Of a DNA stretch of 64,000 nt, positions 1 through 14,736 are shown piece after piece (position 1 is the first letter of the stretch; the number at the start of each line of letters is the position of its first letter). The position numbers and the translations under genes were made by a program. The notes beneath the pieces are model-generated. The model searched no databases, was not told the DNA's origin, and worked only from the letters and a program-made list of their open reading frames with translations. The stretch spans positions 212,660,001 to 212,724,000 of the forward strand of contig OZ024742.1 of assembly GCA_964016885.1 (NCBI GenBank), given 5' to 3'. The stretch is from Eledone cirrhosa. Taxonomy: Eukaryota.

Positions 1-3000
1 ATGTATGTAGTGCTATAACTATGGAACAAGATTGAAGACATAATCTATATTATGGTCTATGTATGTAGTGCTATAACTATGGAACAAGATTGAAGACATA
101 ATCAATATTATGGTCTATGTATGTATGTAGTGCTATAACTATGGCACAAGATTGAAGACATAATCTATATTATGGTTTATGTATGTCGTGCTATAACTAT
201 GGAACAAGATTGAAGACATAATCTAAATATGGTCTATGTATGTAGTGCTATAACTATGGAACAAGATTGAAGACATAATCTATATTATGTTCTATGTATG
301 TAGTGCTATAACTATGGAACAAGATCAAAGACATAATCTATATTATGTTCTATGTATGTAGTGCTATAACTATAGAAAAAGATTGAAGACAATCTATATT
401 ATGGTCTATGTATGTAGTGCTATAAGTATGGCACAAGATTGAAGACAATCTATATTATGTTCTATGTATGTAGTGCTATAACTATGGAACAAGATTGAAG
501 ACATAATCTATATTATGGTCTATGTATGTAGTGCTATTACTATGGAACAAGATTGAAGACATAATCTATATTATGTTCTATGTATGTAGTGCTATAACTA
601 TGGAACAAGATTGAAGACATAATCTATATTATGTTCTATGTATGTAGTGCTATAACTATGGAACAAGATTGAAGACATAATCTATATATGGTCTATGTAT
701 GTAGTGCTATAACTATGGAACAAGATTGAAGACATAATCTATATTATGTTCTATGTATGTAGTGCTATAACTATGAAACAAGATTGAAGACATAATCTAT
801 ATTATGGTCTATGTATGTAGTGCTATAACTATGGAACAAGATTGAAGACATAATCTATATTATGGTCTATGTATGTAGTGCTATAACTATGGCAAAAGAT
901 TGAAGACATAATCGATATTATGGTCTATGTATGTAGTGCTATAACTATGGAACAAGATTGAAGACATAATTTATATATGGTCTATGTATGTAGTGCTATA
1001 ACTATGGAACAAGATTGAAGACATAATCTATATTATGTTCTATGTATGTAGTGCTATAACTATGGAACAAGATTGAAGACATAATCTATATTATGTTCTA
1101 TGTATGTAGTGCTATAACTATGGAACAAGATTGAAGACATAATCTATATTATGTTCTATGTATGTAGTGCTATAACTATGGAACAAGATTGAAGACATAA
1201 TCTATATTATGGTCTATGTATGTAGTGCTATAACTATGGAACAAGATTGAAGACATAATCAATATTATGGTCTATGTATGTAGTGCTATAACTATGGCAC
1301 AAGATTGAAGACATAATCTATATTATGGTTTATGTTTGTCGTGCTATAACTATGGAACAAGATTGAAGACATAATCTATATTATGTTCTATGTATGTAGT
1401 GCTATAACTATGGAACAAGATTGAAGACATAATCTATATATGGTCTATGTATGTAGTGCTATAACTATGGAACAAGATTGAAGACATAATCTATATTATG
1501 TTCTATGTATGTAGTGCTATAACTATGGAACAAGATTGAAGACATAATCTATATTATGTTCTATGTATGTAGTGGTATAACTATGAAACAAGATCAAAGA
1601 CATAATCTATATTATGTTCTATGTATGTAGTGCTATAACTATGGAACAAGATTGAAGACATAATCTATATTATGGTCTATGTATGTAGTGCTATAACTAT
1701 GGAACAAGATTGAAGACATAATCTATATTATGGTCCATGTATGTAGTGCTATAACTATGGCACAAGATTGAAGACATAATCTATATTATGGTTTATGTAT
1801 GTAGTGCTATAACTATGGAACAAGATTGAAGACATAATCTATATTATGTTCTATGTATGTAGTGCTATAGCTATGGAACAAGATTGAAGACATAATCTAT
1901 ATATGGTCTATGTATGTAGTGCTACAACTATGGAACAAGATTGAAGACATAATCTATATTATGTTCTATGTATGTAGTGCTATAACTATGGAACAAGATC
2001 GAAGACATAATCTATATTATGATCTACGTATGTAGTGCTATAACTATAGAACAAGATTGAAGACATCATCTATATTATGGTCTATGTATGTAGTGCTATA
2101 ACTATGGCATAAGATTGAAGACATAATCTATATTATGTTCAATGTATGTAGTGCTATAACTATGGAACAAGATTGAAGACATAATCTATATTATGGTCTA
2201 TGTATGTAGTGCTATAACTATGGCACAAGATTGAAGACATAATCTATATTATGGTCTATGTATGTAGTGCTATAACTATGGAACAAGATTGAAGACAAAA
2301 TCTATATTATGGTCTATGTATGTAGTGCTATAACTATGGAACAAGATTGAAGACATAATCTATATTATGGTCTATGTATGTAGTGCTATAACTATGGCAA
2401 AAGATTGAAGACATAATCTATATTATGGTCTATGTATGTAGTGCTATAACTATGGAACAAGATTGAAGACATAATCTATATTATGCTCTATGTATGTAGT
2501 GCTATAACTATGGAACAAGATTGAAGACATAATCTATATTATGTTCTATGTATGTAGTGCTATAACTATGGAACAAGATTGAAGACAATCTATATATGGT
2601 CTATGTATGTAGTGCTATAACTATGGAACAAGATTGAAGACAATCTATATTATGTTCTATGTATGTAGTGCTATAACTATGGAACAAGATTGAAGACATA
2701 ATCTATATTATGGTCTATGTATGTAGTGCTATAACTATGGAACAAGATTGAAGACATAATCAATATTATGGTCTATGTATGTATGTAGTGCTATAACTAT
2801 GGCACAAGATTGAAGACATAATCTATATTATGGTTTATGTATGTCGTGCTATAACTATGGAACAAGATTGAAGACATAATCTATATTATGGTCTATGTAT
2901 GTAGTGCTATAACTATGGAACAAGATTGAAGACATAATCTATATTATGTTCTATGTATGTAGTGCTATAACTATGGAACAAGATCAAAGACATAATCTAT

Positions 3001-6000
3001 ATTATGTTCTATGTATGTAGTGCTATAACTATAGAAAAAGATTGAAGACATAATCTATATTATGGTCTATGTATGTAGTGCTATAAGTATGGCACAAGAT
3101 TGAAGACAATCTATATTATGTTCTATGTATGTAGTGCTATAACTATGGAACAAGATTGAAGACATAATCTATATTATGGTCTATGTATGTAGTGCTATTA
3201 CTATGGAACAAGATTGAAGACATAATCTATATTATGATCTATGTATGTAGTGCTATAACTATGGCACAAGATTTAAGACATAATCTATATTATGGTCTAT
3301 GTATGTAGTGCTACAACTATGGAACAAGATTGAAGACATAATCTATATTATGGTCTATGTATTTAGTGCTATAACTATGGAACAAGATTGAAGACATAAT
3401 CTATATTATGTTCTATGTATGTAGTGCCATAACTATGGAACAAGATTGAAGACATAATCTATATTATGTTCTATGTATGTAGTGCTATAACTATGGAACA
3501 AGATTGAAGACATAATCTATATTATGGTCTATGTATGTAGTGCTATAACTATGGCACAAGATTGAAGACAATCTATATTATGGTCTATGTATGTAGTGCT
3601 ATAACTATGGAACAAGATTGAAGACATAATCTATATATGGTTTATGTATGTAGTGCTATAACTATGGAACAAGATTGAAGACATAATCTATATTATGATT
3701 TATGTATGTAGTGCTATAACTATGGAACAAGATTGAAGACATAATCTATATCATGTTCTATGTATGTAGTGCTATAACTATGGAACAAGATTGAAGACAT
3801 AATCTATATTATGGTCTATGTATGTAGTGCTATAACTATGGCACAAGATTGAAGACAATCTATATTATGGTCTATGTATGTAGTTCTATAACTATGGAAC
3901 AAGATTGAAGACATCATCTATATTATGGTCTATGTATGTAGTGCTATAACTATGGCAAAAGATTGAAGACATAATCTATATTATGTTCTATGTATGTAGT
4001 GCTATAACTATGGAACAAGATTGAAGACATAATCTATATTATGTTCTATGTATGTAGTGCTATAACTATGGAACAAGATCGAAGACATAATCTATATTAT
4101 GTTCTATGTATGTAGTGCTATAACTATGGAACAAGATTGAAGACATAATCTATATTATGGTCTATGTATGTAGTGCTATAACTATGGCAAAAGATTGAAG
4201 ACATAATCGATATTATGGTATATGTATGTAGTGCTATAACTATGGAACAAGATTGAAGACATAATCTATATATGGTCTATGTATGTAGTGCTATAACTAT
4301 GGAACAAGATTGAAGACATAATCTATATTATGTTCTATGTATGTAGTGCTATAACTATGGAACAAGATTGAAGACATAATCTATATTATGTTCTATGTAT
4401 GTAGTGCTATAACTATGGAATAAGATTGAAGACATAATCTATATTATGGTCTATGTATGTAGTGCTATAACTATGGAACAAGATTGAAGACATAATCTAT
4501 ATTATGGTCTATGTTTGTAGTGCCATAACTATGGCAAAAGATTGAAGACATAATCTATATTATGGTCTATGTATGTATTGCTATAACTATGGAACAAGAT
4601 TGAAGACATAATCTATATTATGGTCTATGTATGTAGTGCTATAACTATGGAACAAGATTGAAGACATAATCTATATTATGTTCTATGTATGTAGTGCTAT
4701 AACTATGGAACAAGATTGAAGACATAATCTATATATGGTCTATGTATGTAGTGCTATAACGATGGAACAAGATTGAAGACATAATCTATATTATGTTCTA
4801 TGTATGTAGTGCTATAACTATGGAACAAGATTGTAGACATAATCTATATTATGTTCTATGTATGTAGTGCTAGAACTACGGAACAAGATTGAAGACATAA
4901 TCTATATATGGTCTATGTATGTAGTGCTATAACTATGGAACAAGATTGAAGACATAATCTATATTATGTTCTATGTATGTAGTGCCATAACTATGGAACA
5001 AGATTGAAGACATAATCTATATTATGTTCTATGTATGTAGTGCCATAACTATGGAACAAGATTGAAGACATAATCTATATTATGTTCTATGTATGTAGTG
5101 CTATAACTATGGAACAAGATCGAAGACATAATCTATATTATGTTCTATGTATGTAGTGCTATAACTATGGAACAAGATTGAAGACATAATCTATATTATG
5201 GTCTATGTATGTAGTGCTATAACTATGGCAAAAGATTGAAGACATAATCGATATTATGGTCTATGTATGTAGTGCTATAACTATGGAACAAGATTGAAGA
5301 CATAATCTATATATGGTCTATGTATGTAGTGCTATAACTATGGAACAAGATTGAAGACATAATCTATATTATGTTCTATGTATGTAGTGCTATAACTATG
5401 GAACAAGATTGAAGACATAATCTATATTATGTTCTATGTATGTAGTGCTATAACTATGGAATAAGATTGAAGACATAATCTATATTATGGTCTATGTATG
5501 TAGTGCTATAACTATGGAACAAGATTGAAGACATAATCTATATTATGGTCTATGTTTGTAGTGCCATAACTATGGCAAAAGATTGAAGACATAATCTATA
5601 TTATGGTCTATGTATGTATTGCTATAACTATGGAACAAGATTGAAGACATAATCTATATTATGGTCTATGTATGTAGTGCTATAACTATGGAACAAGATT
5701 GAAGACATAATCTATATTATGTTCTATGTATGTAGTGCTATAACTATGGAACAAGATTGAAGACATAATCTATATATGGTCTATGTATGTAGTGCTATAA
5801 CGATGGAACAAGATTGAAGACATAATCTATATTATGTTCTATGTATGTAGTGCTATAACTATGGAACAAGATTGAAGACATAATCTATATTATGTTCTAT
5901 GTATGTAGTGCTAGAACTACGGAACAAGATTGAAGACATAATCTATATATGGTCTATGTATGTAGTGCTATAACTATGGAACAAGATTGAAGACATAATC

Positions 6001-7218
6001 TATATTATGTTCTATGTATGTAGTGCCATAACTATGGAACAAGATTGAAGACATAATCTATATTATGTTCTATGTATGTAGTGCTATAACTATGGAACAT
6101 GATCGAAGACATAATCTATATTATGTTCTATGTATGTAGTGCTATAACTATGGAACAAGATTGAAGACATAATCTATATTATGTTCTATGTATGTAGTGC
6201 TATAACTATGGAATAAGATTGAAGACATAATCTATATTATGGTCTATGTATGTAGTGCTATAACTATGGAACAAGATTGAAGACATAATCTATATTATGG
6301 TCTATGTATGTAGTGCTATAACTATGGAACAAGATTGAAGACATAATCTATATTATGGTCTATGTATGTAGTGCTATAACTATGGAACAAGATTGAAGAC
6401 ATAATCTATATTATGTTCTATGTATGTAGTGCTATAACTATGGAACAAGATTGAAGACATAATCTATATATGGTCTATATATGTAGTGCTATAACGATGG
6501 AACAAGATTGAAGACATAATCTATATTATGTTCTATGTATGTAGTGCTATAACTATGGAACAAGATTGAAGACATAATCTATATTATGTTCTATGAATGT
6601 AGTGCTATAACTACGGAACAAGATTGAAGACATAATCTATATATGGTCTATGTATGTAGTGCTATAACTATGGAACAAGATTGAAGACATAATCTATATT
6701 ATGTTCTATGTATGTAGTGCTATAACTATGGAACAAGATTGAAGACATAATCTATATTATGTTCTATGTATGTAGTGCTATAACTATGGAACAAATCGAA
6801 GACATAATCTATATTATGTTCTATGTATGTAGTGCTATAACTATGGAACAAGATTGAAGACATAATCTATATTATGTTCTATGTATGTAGTGCTATAACT
6901 ATGGAACAAGATTGAAGACATAATCTATATTATGGTCTATGTATGTAGTGCTATAACTATGGAACAAGATTGAAGACATAATCTATATTATGGTCTATGT
7001 ATGTAGTGCTATAACTATGGCACAAGATTGAAGACATAATCTATATTATGGTTTATGTATGTAGTGCTATAACTATGGAACAAGATTGAAGACATAATCT
7101 ATATTATGTTCTATGTATGTAGTGCTATAACTATGGAACATGATCGATGACATAATCTATATTATGTTCTATGTATGTAGTGCTATAACTATGGAACAAA
7201 ACTGAAGACATAATCTAT
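1..7218. repeat. 58-bp tandem satellite array (about 124 monomers visible, continues off the left edge)
   Basis: Monomer ATGTATGTAGTGCTATAACTATGGAACAAGATTGAAGACATAATCTATATTATG(G/T)TCT repeated head-to-tail with point variants and 1-4 bp indels; ends abruptly near 7218. Confidence 0.98.
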
Positions 7219-8444
7219 TAAAGACACAAAATGTTTATTATTTATATATATTCATAAAATATTTGACTAATGAATAAATACTTTAAAGATAATTGAACGA
7301 CAATCTAAGGAATGAAAATGAAAATATAATCTATTATTGACACATTTATTTATATTATTCATAAGTCGATTGACTGATAAATAAATATTTTAGGTATGTG
7401 TGCTTATATATATCATCATCATCATATCATTTAACATCCACACTCCCTGCTAGCAAGGTTTGGATAGGTCTTCACAAACTGAGTCAGTACTGAAGTGAGG
7501 CCACTGACCTCATAGAAAGGCTGGAGGTTCACAACTTCTCGCTACCAGCACCAGAGAGGCTGTCTCCAGCATATATATATATATAAATATCATTGGCATT
7601 GAACAACTATTTTCCATGCTTGCATAGGTTAGACAAGTCGTCATGTTGAGGTTAGACTGGTCAAGTGACCACATCCTGCTCATGCATTCTGTTTTTGGCT
7701 TGGTTTTCTAAGGCTAAATGCACTTGCTAACTCCAACCAATTTACAGTGTTTACTGAGAGCTTTTTGCATGGTATCTGCTACAGTATACAAAGCACCTAT
7801 GTATACTGTAGCAGAATAATGGTATAGATATATTATTTAATTCCAATCTATAGTTAAGATTGTTTATTTCAACATAAAGATAAAAAATAGGTAGAAAAGT
7901 TGACAACCTGTAATAAAGAATACAGTCTTTTAAAACTGCCCCTTCAGTACTACCTATATGGACTCTACACTGTGTCAAGAATCAAATGCTTAAAAAATAT
8001 ATATACAATTTCAAAAGAAATTATGTATTTCAAGGTTCTCTATAAAATTACAACAGTTTTATAATTTTCAAAATAACTATGAAATTTCTAGTGGCACAGC
8101 AAATCTAAACTTCATGAAACAATCTAACTGGTACATTGTAGAACATGTTCTAGAATTAGTTGCTAGCTGAGTGTTCTTTATACATATTTTCTAAGTTTAT
8201 ACATCTATAGTGGAAATAATATGAAAAGTGCTACATTGTTAATGATTAACATTCATGCTGCTGGTTTGAAACAATATTTTTAGAGGCTCTAAGGTTATAA
8301 GATTTCGATTTACTTCAGTAGTAGCAATTAAAAAAAGAAATATTGATCTTTAAAATAATTCTCCCTTTGATATTAAGGTTTCTAATAGTCAAGTTTTAGT
8401 GAATCTGAAATTTCATTGAAAAAAGGAAAAAATTAATAATATCA

Positions 8445-8600
<156 letters not shown>

Positions 8601-9302
8601 TCAGATTGTAAAAGTATATGTCAAGCATATATATTTAAATGTGTTAAAAATATACACACAAACACACACACACAAAAAAATGCATTAAAATTTTTCACTG
8701 TCTTTTCTCATAAAAAGATAGATAGATCCCAGTTAGTTTTACCGAAGAGGATTCCAGTTATTTTTTCAGCTCAGCTGAATTGCTTACTCACTGTATTACA
8801 GGTAGAGTCCATTTTGATGGGCTTCTACACAGTTACCATCAACCCAATTTCACACACAAGATTTGAGGTGAGCTGAGGCTGTAGTAAAAGACACATAGTA
8901 GGATCAAGCCTGGGATCTCATTATTACGAAGCAAAATTCTTAACCACTCAGTCATGCATGCATATATAGAATTAATAACTTGGTCATGCCCACACTATAT
9001 ATTACACCATACATATAACTATTTTTACCCCTTAATTTTACTAGTTTCAAAGTCATAACATTTATATGTTCAAAAAGAAAATATTAGATTTTTACATCAC
9101 TGAATATTCATAAAAATAAACAGGTAAAACAAAACAGAAACAATAAAAAATAATCTGAAAAGAATTATAATATATATTAACTAGACTACTTGTCACTTTG
9201 AGATTTTGGTTTTTCCACCTACACTATATTTCAAATTGCCATATTCTTCAATCATCTTTAGACGCCACACTTTTTTTTTATCACTGTACATATCTTTGAG
9301 TT

Positions 9303-9550
9303 GTTTCTTCTTCTTCTCTGCCTCCTTTTTCGCCCACTTATTCCTGGGAGGGTCATGTGGGAAGCAGAGTTCTCAAACACTCCTTCCAGTGAGTCCTGTT
9401 GGAAGAAGCAACTGTCCCCAACTGATCCAGATGGATTCCCAAGTGAGACTAGTGTAAATAACGAAAGGAGGGGTGACAGTATGCACCCTTGGTGGAGTTT
9501 GACTCCTACATTGAATAGTTTCGATTTAGCACCATTTATCCGAATACAAA
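9303..9550 (-). mobile_element. Internally deleted Rex3/Expander-like RTE LINE fragment
   Basis: (GAA)n tail and 3' end shared with 11695 and 63251, joined directly to an RT piece reading IRINGAKSKLFNVGVKLHQGCILSPLL on the minus strand. Confidence 0.7.
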
Positions 9551-11361
9551 TACTCTAAAACTTGTAATATAAAATTTCAGTGCTTTTATTTACCATGCAA
9601 CACTTCCACAGTAGAAAGATATTTAGTGCTATTTAAAGTAATTTGTAAAACAAGGCAGATTTATTTAATTTAATTATTTTTTTTATATATAAGTTAGTCA
9701 AGAGAGAAGCAGTGCTTATGACGTTTTTAGGTCTCTTCCAGATTAGTAAGAGTGTTGCTGTTACTGACTAGATTGAGAATTTGCAGCAAGAACATACCAG
9801 AGAGGGGGCTGGATGGTTGCAACAGAGTAATCCCTGCTAAAATTAACTAAGGAACAAATATTTAAGTGACCCCAAAAGGATGTTTCAATAACATCTGTAC
9901 TTCAAAAGTAATATTTTATTTCTATAAATTTGAAAAATAACAGGCATAGATTTGTTGACTAATATAATTTCCATAAATCTATTTTCGTAGAGTTAAGATG
10001 ATTGTAAATAAAGAATAATAGGGGCATAGAGAGGGAGGAGATCAATTAAATTCAACAAAGATTTAAAAATGGTGATAACTGATGGCTATCAAGCTGCAAG
10101 CTGAAAACTCCCAACGTGATTGTATCTAAGCAGAATCAAAATATTCTAGTTATTCCTTTTCTATACCTGTCTTGGCAAGAGTTTGGAACAAATATTTTTT
10201 GTATTTTCGTGGAGCTATATTGATCACTTTGTAAAAGATATTTGAAGAATTGGTTGGTACCACTCTACTTAAGTGTAATAACCCCTAAACAAGTGGAAAT
10301 GAATTGTTCTCATGTAAAATGTTAATATTAAAAAAGAAAGCACATATTAATATAAGAACTCATGCTATTTAATATGACAATGATTAAAACAAACAAACCA
10401 TAACACTCATTTTACCAAATTCCCTAGTTTAGATTATTTGTACATTAAAAAAGTGTTGAAATGCATATTTTTACAACTGAATCAGATCCAATGCAATGAT
10501 AGTTATTGTAGATTAATGTGCTTTCCTAAATGTATAATAGGATCATCTGTTTTCCAGAGGGTACCAAAGAGGGACATTAACAAGTTGAAGACCAAAAACA
10601 CAAAAAATAGGGGAGTTATACTAAGTGACAAATAAAAACATTAGATTATATAACAGTAATAAATATAATATTTAAAAAAGGAGATAACCATAGAGAAAAT
10701 TGGGGAATTGTAAAAATCCCCAATTGCTTCAAAATAATGGAAACTATGCAATTTGAGAATTGTCTCACATAACCATGACAGACTCCCCACTCTCATCCAC
10801 ATTTCATAAAATTTATTAAAGGTTCTTCCTTTCCCACTTCAAATTATACTAGAAGACTTTATACTATAAGAGTTTATTTGAAAGGAAAATACCTGATCAC
10901 AATCCTTTCATGTTTGCCCACCACACTATTTCTTTTGCTATAACCACTAGGCACAAAAACACTGCCTATTTTTCCTTCTTAAAGGAAGAACATTTATAAT
11001 GGGACTGAGGGGCAACTTCAAGAAACTATCATTATGCAGAAACAGTTTGACCTAATGCCACTGGGTCACACATACACAAGTATATGCTGAACAGTTTTGT
11101 CTTCGCTAACACATCGTGACATGCTTTCTGTAGTGTTGCACATGTACAGCTTGTTATGAACTAACAGTGCTAGGCTAAGTATTTCTCTATGTATCTTTAC
11201 ATAACACATAACCTGAAATTTCCCCTTCTCCACATCCAGACTACACAATGAAAACAGGTTTCCAATTAAAAGTTATTTTTTCTTCGGCAGAAAAACTGGA
11301 ACTTGAAATCATGGCTGCTGCCAGAATATACTTACGCGCACATGTGTGTGTCTATTGTTTG

Positions 11362-11374
11362 TATATATATATAT

Positions 11375-11413
<39 letters not shown>

Positions 11414-11506
11414 AACACACACACACACATATATATACACACACACATATATACACACACACACACATATATGATGATGATGATAATGATGATGATATAT
11501 ATATAT
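11362..11506. repeat. Compound (TA)n/(CA)n/(GAT)n microsatellite
   Basis: Read directly from sequence. Confidence 0.95.
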
Positions 11507-11694
11507 AAAACACCTAACACCTCTTCTGGTCAAATAAAAAGAGGAAAGGACAGATTAAGCTCATCACAGCAAGTCAATAAAATAACTGAAATATATAATA
11601 TATATATTTGCTGTTGCCTATATTAGCAAACTGATCAGCATGGCCCAAACCATCTCTGGTTCTATAAAATAAAACAATCCATTTTAAAGGTTTT

Positions 11695-12250
11695 TCTTCT
11701 TCTTCATCCACTTATTCCTGAGAGGGTCATGGGGGAAGAGTCCTCAAACACACCTTCCAGTGGGTCCTGTCAGAAGCAACCTTCTCCAATTAATTTGACT
11801 GGATTCCTAAGCAAGACCAGCCAAACTCATGGATGCTATCCAACCATCTTGCTCGGGGTCTACCTCCGGGTCTCCTGCCGGTTGGCTTTGCCCATAAAAT
11901 CAGTTCAGTGATTCTTTTTATAGACCAGAGCTGTCATCTCTTGATTTGGAGAAGTAGCAGTTCTACCTGGAGTGTGTTCCTGATTTCTGAGCTATGCACC
12001 TTATGAAGAAGTGTTACTCCAAAGACCCTTGAGAGGGACCACATTTCAGCTGCTTGTATATGCAATCATATTCTTTGTGTCATTACCCAATATTTATGAC
12101 CATAGGTAAAGGTAGACATGAACACTGAAATGAAGATAGTTAGTTTGGTTTTAACACCTACCCCCCTTCTGATGACCTAGTACTGAAGCTGGTGCAGTAA
12201 TGCACCATTTCCATCACTATAAAAATGGCCCCGAGGTTTTCCAAATATCA
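11695..12250 (-). mobile_element. Rex3/Expander-like RTE LINE 3' fragment
   Basis: Colinear with 63251-63820, including the TYGH..WVMT and IQAAEM segments; (GAA)n tail. Confidence 0.75.
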
Positions 12251-13836
12251 TGACACCTACACCTATATTTTACAGATAATCTCCATCAACCTAATTTTAA
12301 GATATTACATGAAACAAACACGTTTGGAGAGAGAGAGAGAGAGAGAGAGACGGAGAGTGTGTGAGAGATAGATAGATAGAGAGAGAGAGAGAGTTATTCA
12401 ATATAAAATACAATTAATAAACTTATTAGATTTTAGTAAAACCCTCTTATGTAACGGAGCCCTAAACTTTTTCTTGGAACCCACTTTAAGAAACACTGCT
12501 CTACATATTTACTGGTCTTTTAGAAAAAACACATATGTCTTCTTTAAATTACACCCTACCATTAAATAGAAAAAAAAAGGAGTTTGATTAGGACTGATAT
12601 GGGGTTAAACAATTATATATATATTCCTATACATACATACACAGAGTACACATAAAAATGTAATGTGTGTTTCTAGTTTTAGATATAAAAACAACCACAA
12701 AATATGCTAGCTATGGCCAGCTAAAAACATATGCTAAAGAGCAGTGACCATCTTATCTTAAGATATAATAATTGAAGTCGTATCTCAACAATTATCTCTC
12801 AACCCCAACAAACTTTAATCCTAGGACTTCATATACTTACAACTGTTTAGTACTATTCTCAGTAAATGAATATATTTTCTCAAGTGTATAATATATTGCT
12901 GCTAGCCTCCATTTTGTGATTTATTAGGACACTGAATGGTGGCTATTAATTCACTAAAACTTCCTTAGTTCATTTTATAAACTTATAAGAAGATAGGGAG
13001 AAATATAAGCCAGTACATGGGCTCTAAAGAAATTGGATATATTTAGAGTGTGATCATTAAGAACTGTTAGAACCATTTGATCACCTTTAAGTTGTATTCA
13101 CTGGACATAAGTTGGCAGTTAAGCATGACATAGCCAAGCATTTCTCAAATTGTTAATTGTCAAATTCTTCTACTTCATATTCTTCAATTTTTGCTACATT
13201 ATTCATGGTAAAACAAATATAAAACAATGTATATAATTAAATAACTTTTATATTTCAGTAGAGGGATGGGCTATGCCAGCTTAAAATGCCTAAACGTTAC
13301 TACAGTGCTCCTATGACTTCACCAGGAGTTAAGGATTCCACAGATACTAAGACTAAAACTACGAAAATTTGGAATATCTTTCTTGGATGGCTTACTACGC
13401 CAAGATTGATTCTGCCAAAGGAGGTAAGACCCCCCCCCCCCCAAAAAAAAAAAAATCAAGAAACAAGCACCTCCAGACCATTTGTTTTTCTTAATGTATA
13501 TGGTGTTTCATATGATTGATTTATAAAAGTATCCTCTTAGTTCAACAGATAAGTTTACTATATCACTTGATATTTCCACATTTCTTTTCTTGGTTTGTTC
13601 AAGCTGTAGTTGAACTCAAGAAAGTGTTTAAATATAAATTTGAAAGCAGAGGCAATGGGGAGGAGTTACAGCTAGGTCTTGTTAACAAAATCTCCATATG
13701 TAAGTGGCTAAAAAATGTCAGCAGAAGGGCACCCAGGTGTCATGACCTGGATGTGGCCCAGCCCTCTTAAAGAGTATGAAGTTAAGGGCCAAAACACTTT
13801 CCTGAGAGGAAGAGGTTCTCTAAAGATCTGTTGTCC

Positions 13837-14038
13837 AGCATTCACATTACTCTATATGTATTATTGTATTTTTGTGGTAAAGGCTTTATCTCACATAATA
13901 TCGAATCTATAAGATTTTGATCTTATTTATTTTGAGAACAATACCTTAACATCAATATGAGTGGCCAGTTACAGCCGGTTTGAACAGAAAAAGGTGAGAG
14001 AATTCTGGCTGGATATGGCCAGTTTAAATGTTAAAGGG
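13837..14038. mobile_element. piggyBac-type MITE copy, left end eroded
   Basis: Right end TAAATGTTAAAGGG followed by TTAA; body matches the copies at 39438, 48693 and 58455. Confidence 0.75.
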
Positions 14039-14647
14039 TTAAATTCTAAAATTGACTATATCAAACAGGTTAAGGATATTTGCAATAAGTAATCACAGTC
14101 AAGTAATTTACTCAAGGAAAAGCAAGATTGTGCACATCTCTATTAGGCATAGTTAACAAGGGGAGATAATGAAAGCTTATAATGCATAAAAGTAGTTGCT
14201 TTGTGCAGAGTCGAAACTGTTTCAGTAATCATTTCTCTGTATAAAATTCTCACCACTTGGCTGGATTTCCAGTAATTATTATTCCATTTTCTTTTCTGGT
14301 ATATTATATCCAACCTATTTTATCCGCTTTTAATGATAGTATGGCGAGTTTGAAAGAGATTTATGTATTATTTCTAGCAGGTTGAACACCCACATAGATA
14401 CTCGAATAAATGTAAGTTTCACCATGTAGTGAATTAATTATCTTTGTTAATATATGATGAAATGGAGGGAACATAAAGGAAGACATAGTAAATCCCAAAA
14501 TATAATTAACTAAAAAAAAACATTAGTAGGTGGCATCTCAACATGGCTGCAGAAAAACAATTGAAATCAGTCAAATAAGTATATTTAATAAAGTTGAACT
14601 GTTTCTTCATCATCATTTAACATCCGTTTTCCCTGCTCAGAATACTC

Positions 14648-14736
14648 TATATGTATACACTTCATATAGAACACTTCCTGCAGGGTATAGGTAAAAATGC
14701 CTGAGAGGAGCACTCTATATGAAATGTATACATATA
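14648..14736 (-). other. Isolated ~89-nt hairpin
   Basis: TATATGTATACACTTCATATAGA ... TCTATATGAAATGTATACATATA; on the minus strand about 28 consecutive pairs form when G-U pairs are allowed. Confidence 0.7.

Noticed and set aside
1-7218. Satellite as a CRISPR array, coding repeat or hammerhead-type satellite (TTGAAGA followed by a stem-loop)
   Set aside because: There are no unique spacers, the 58-bp unit has stop codons and no long ORF, and no GAAA or stem III follows the hairpin.
11248-11626. YI/HT-rich ORFs (also 31555-33282)
   Set aside because: Translations of TA/CA microsatellites with no protein signal.
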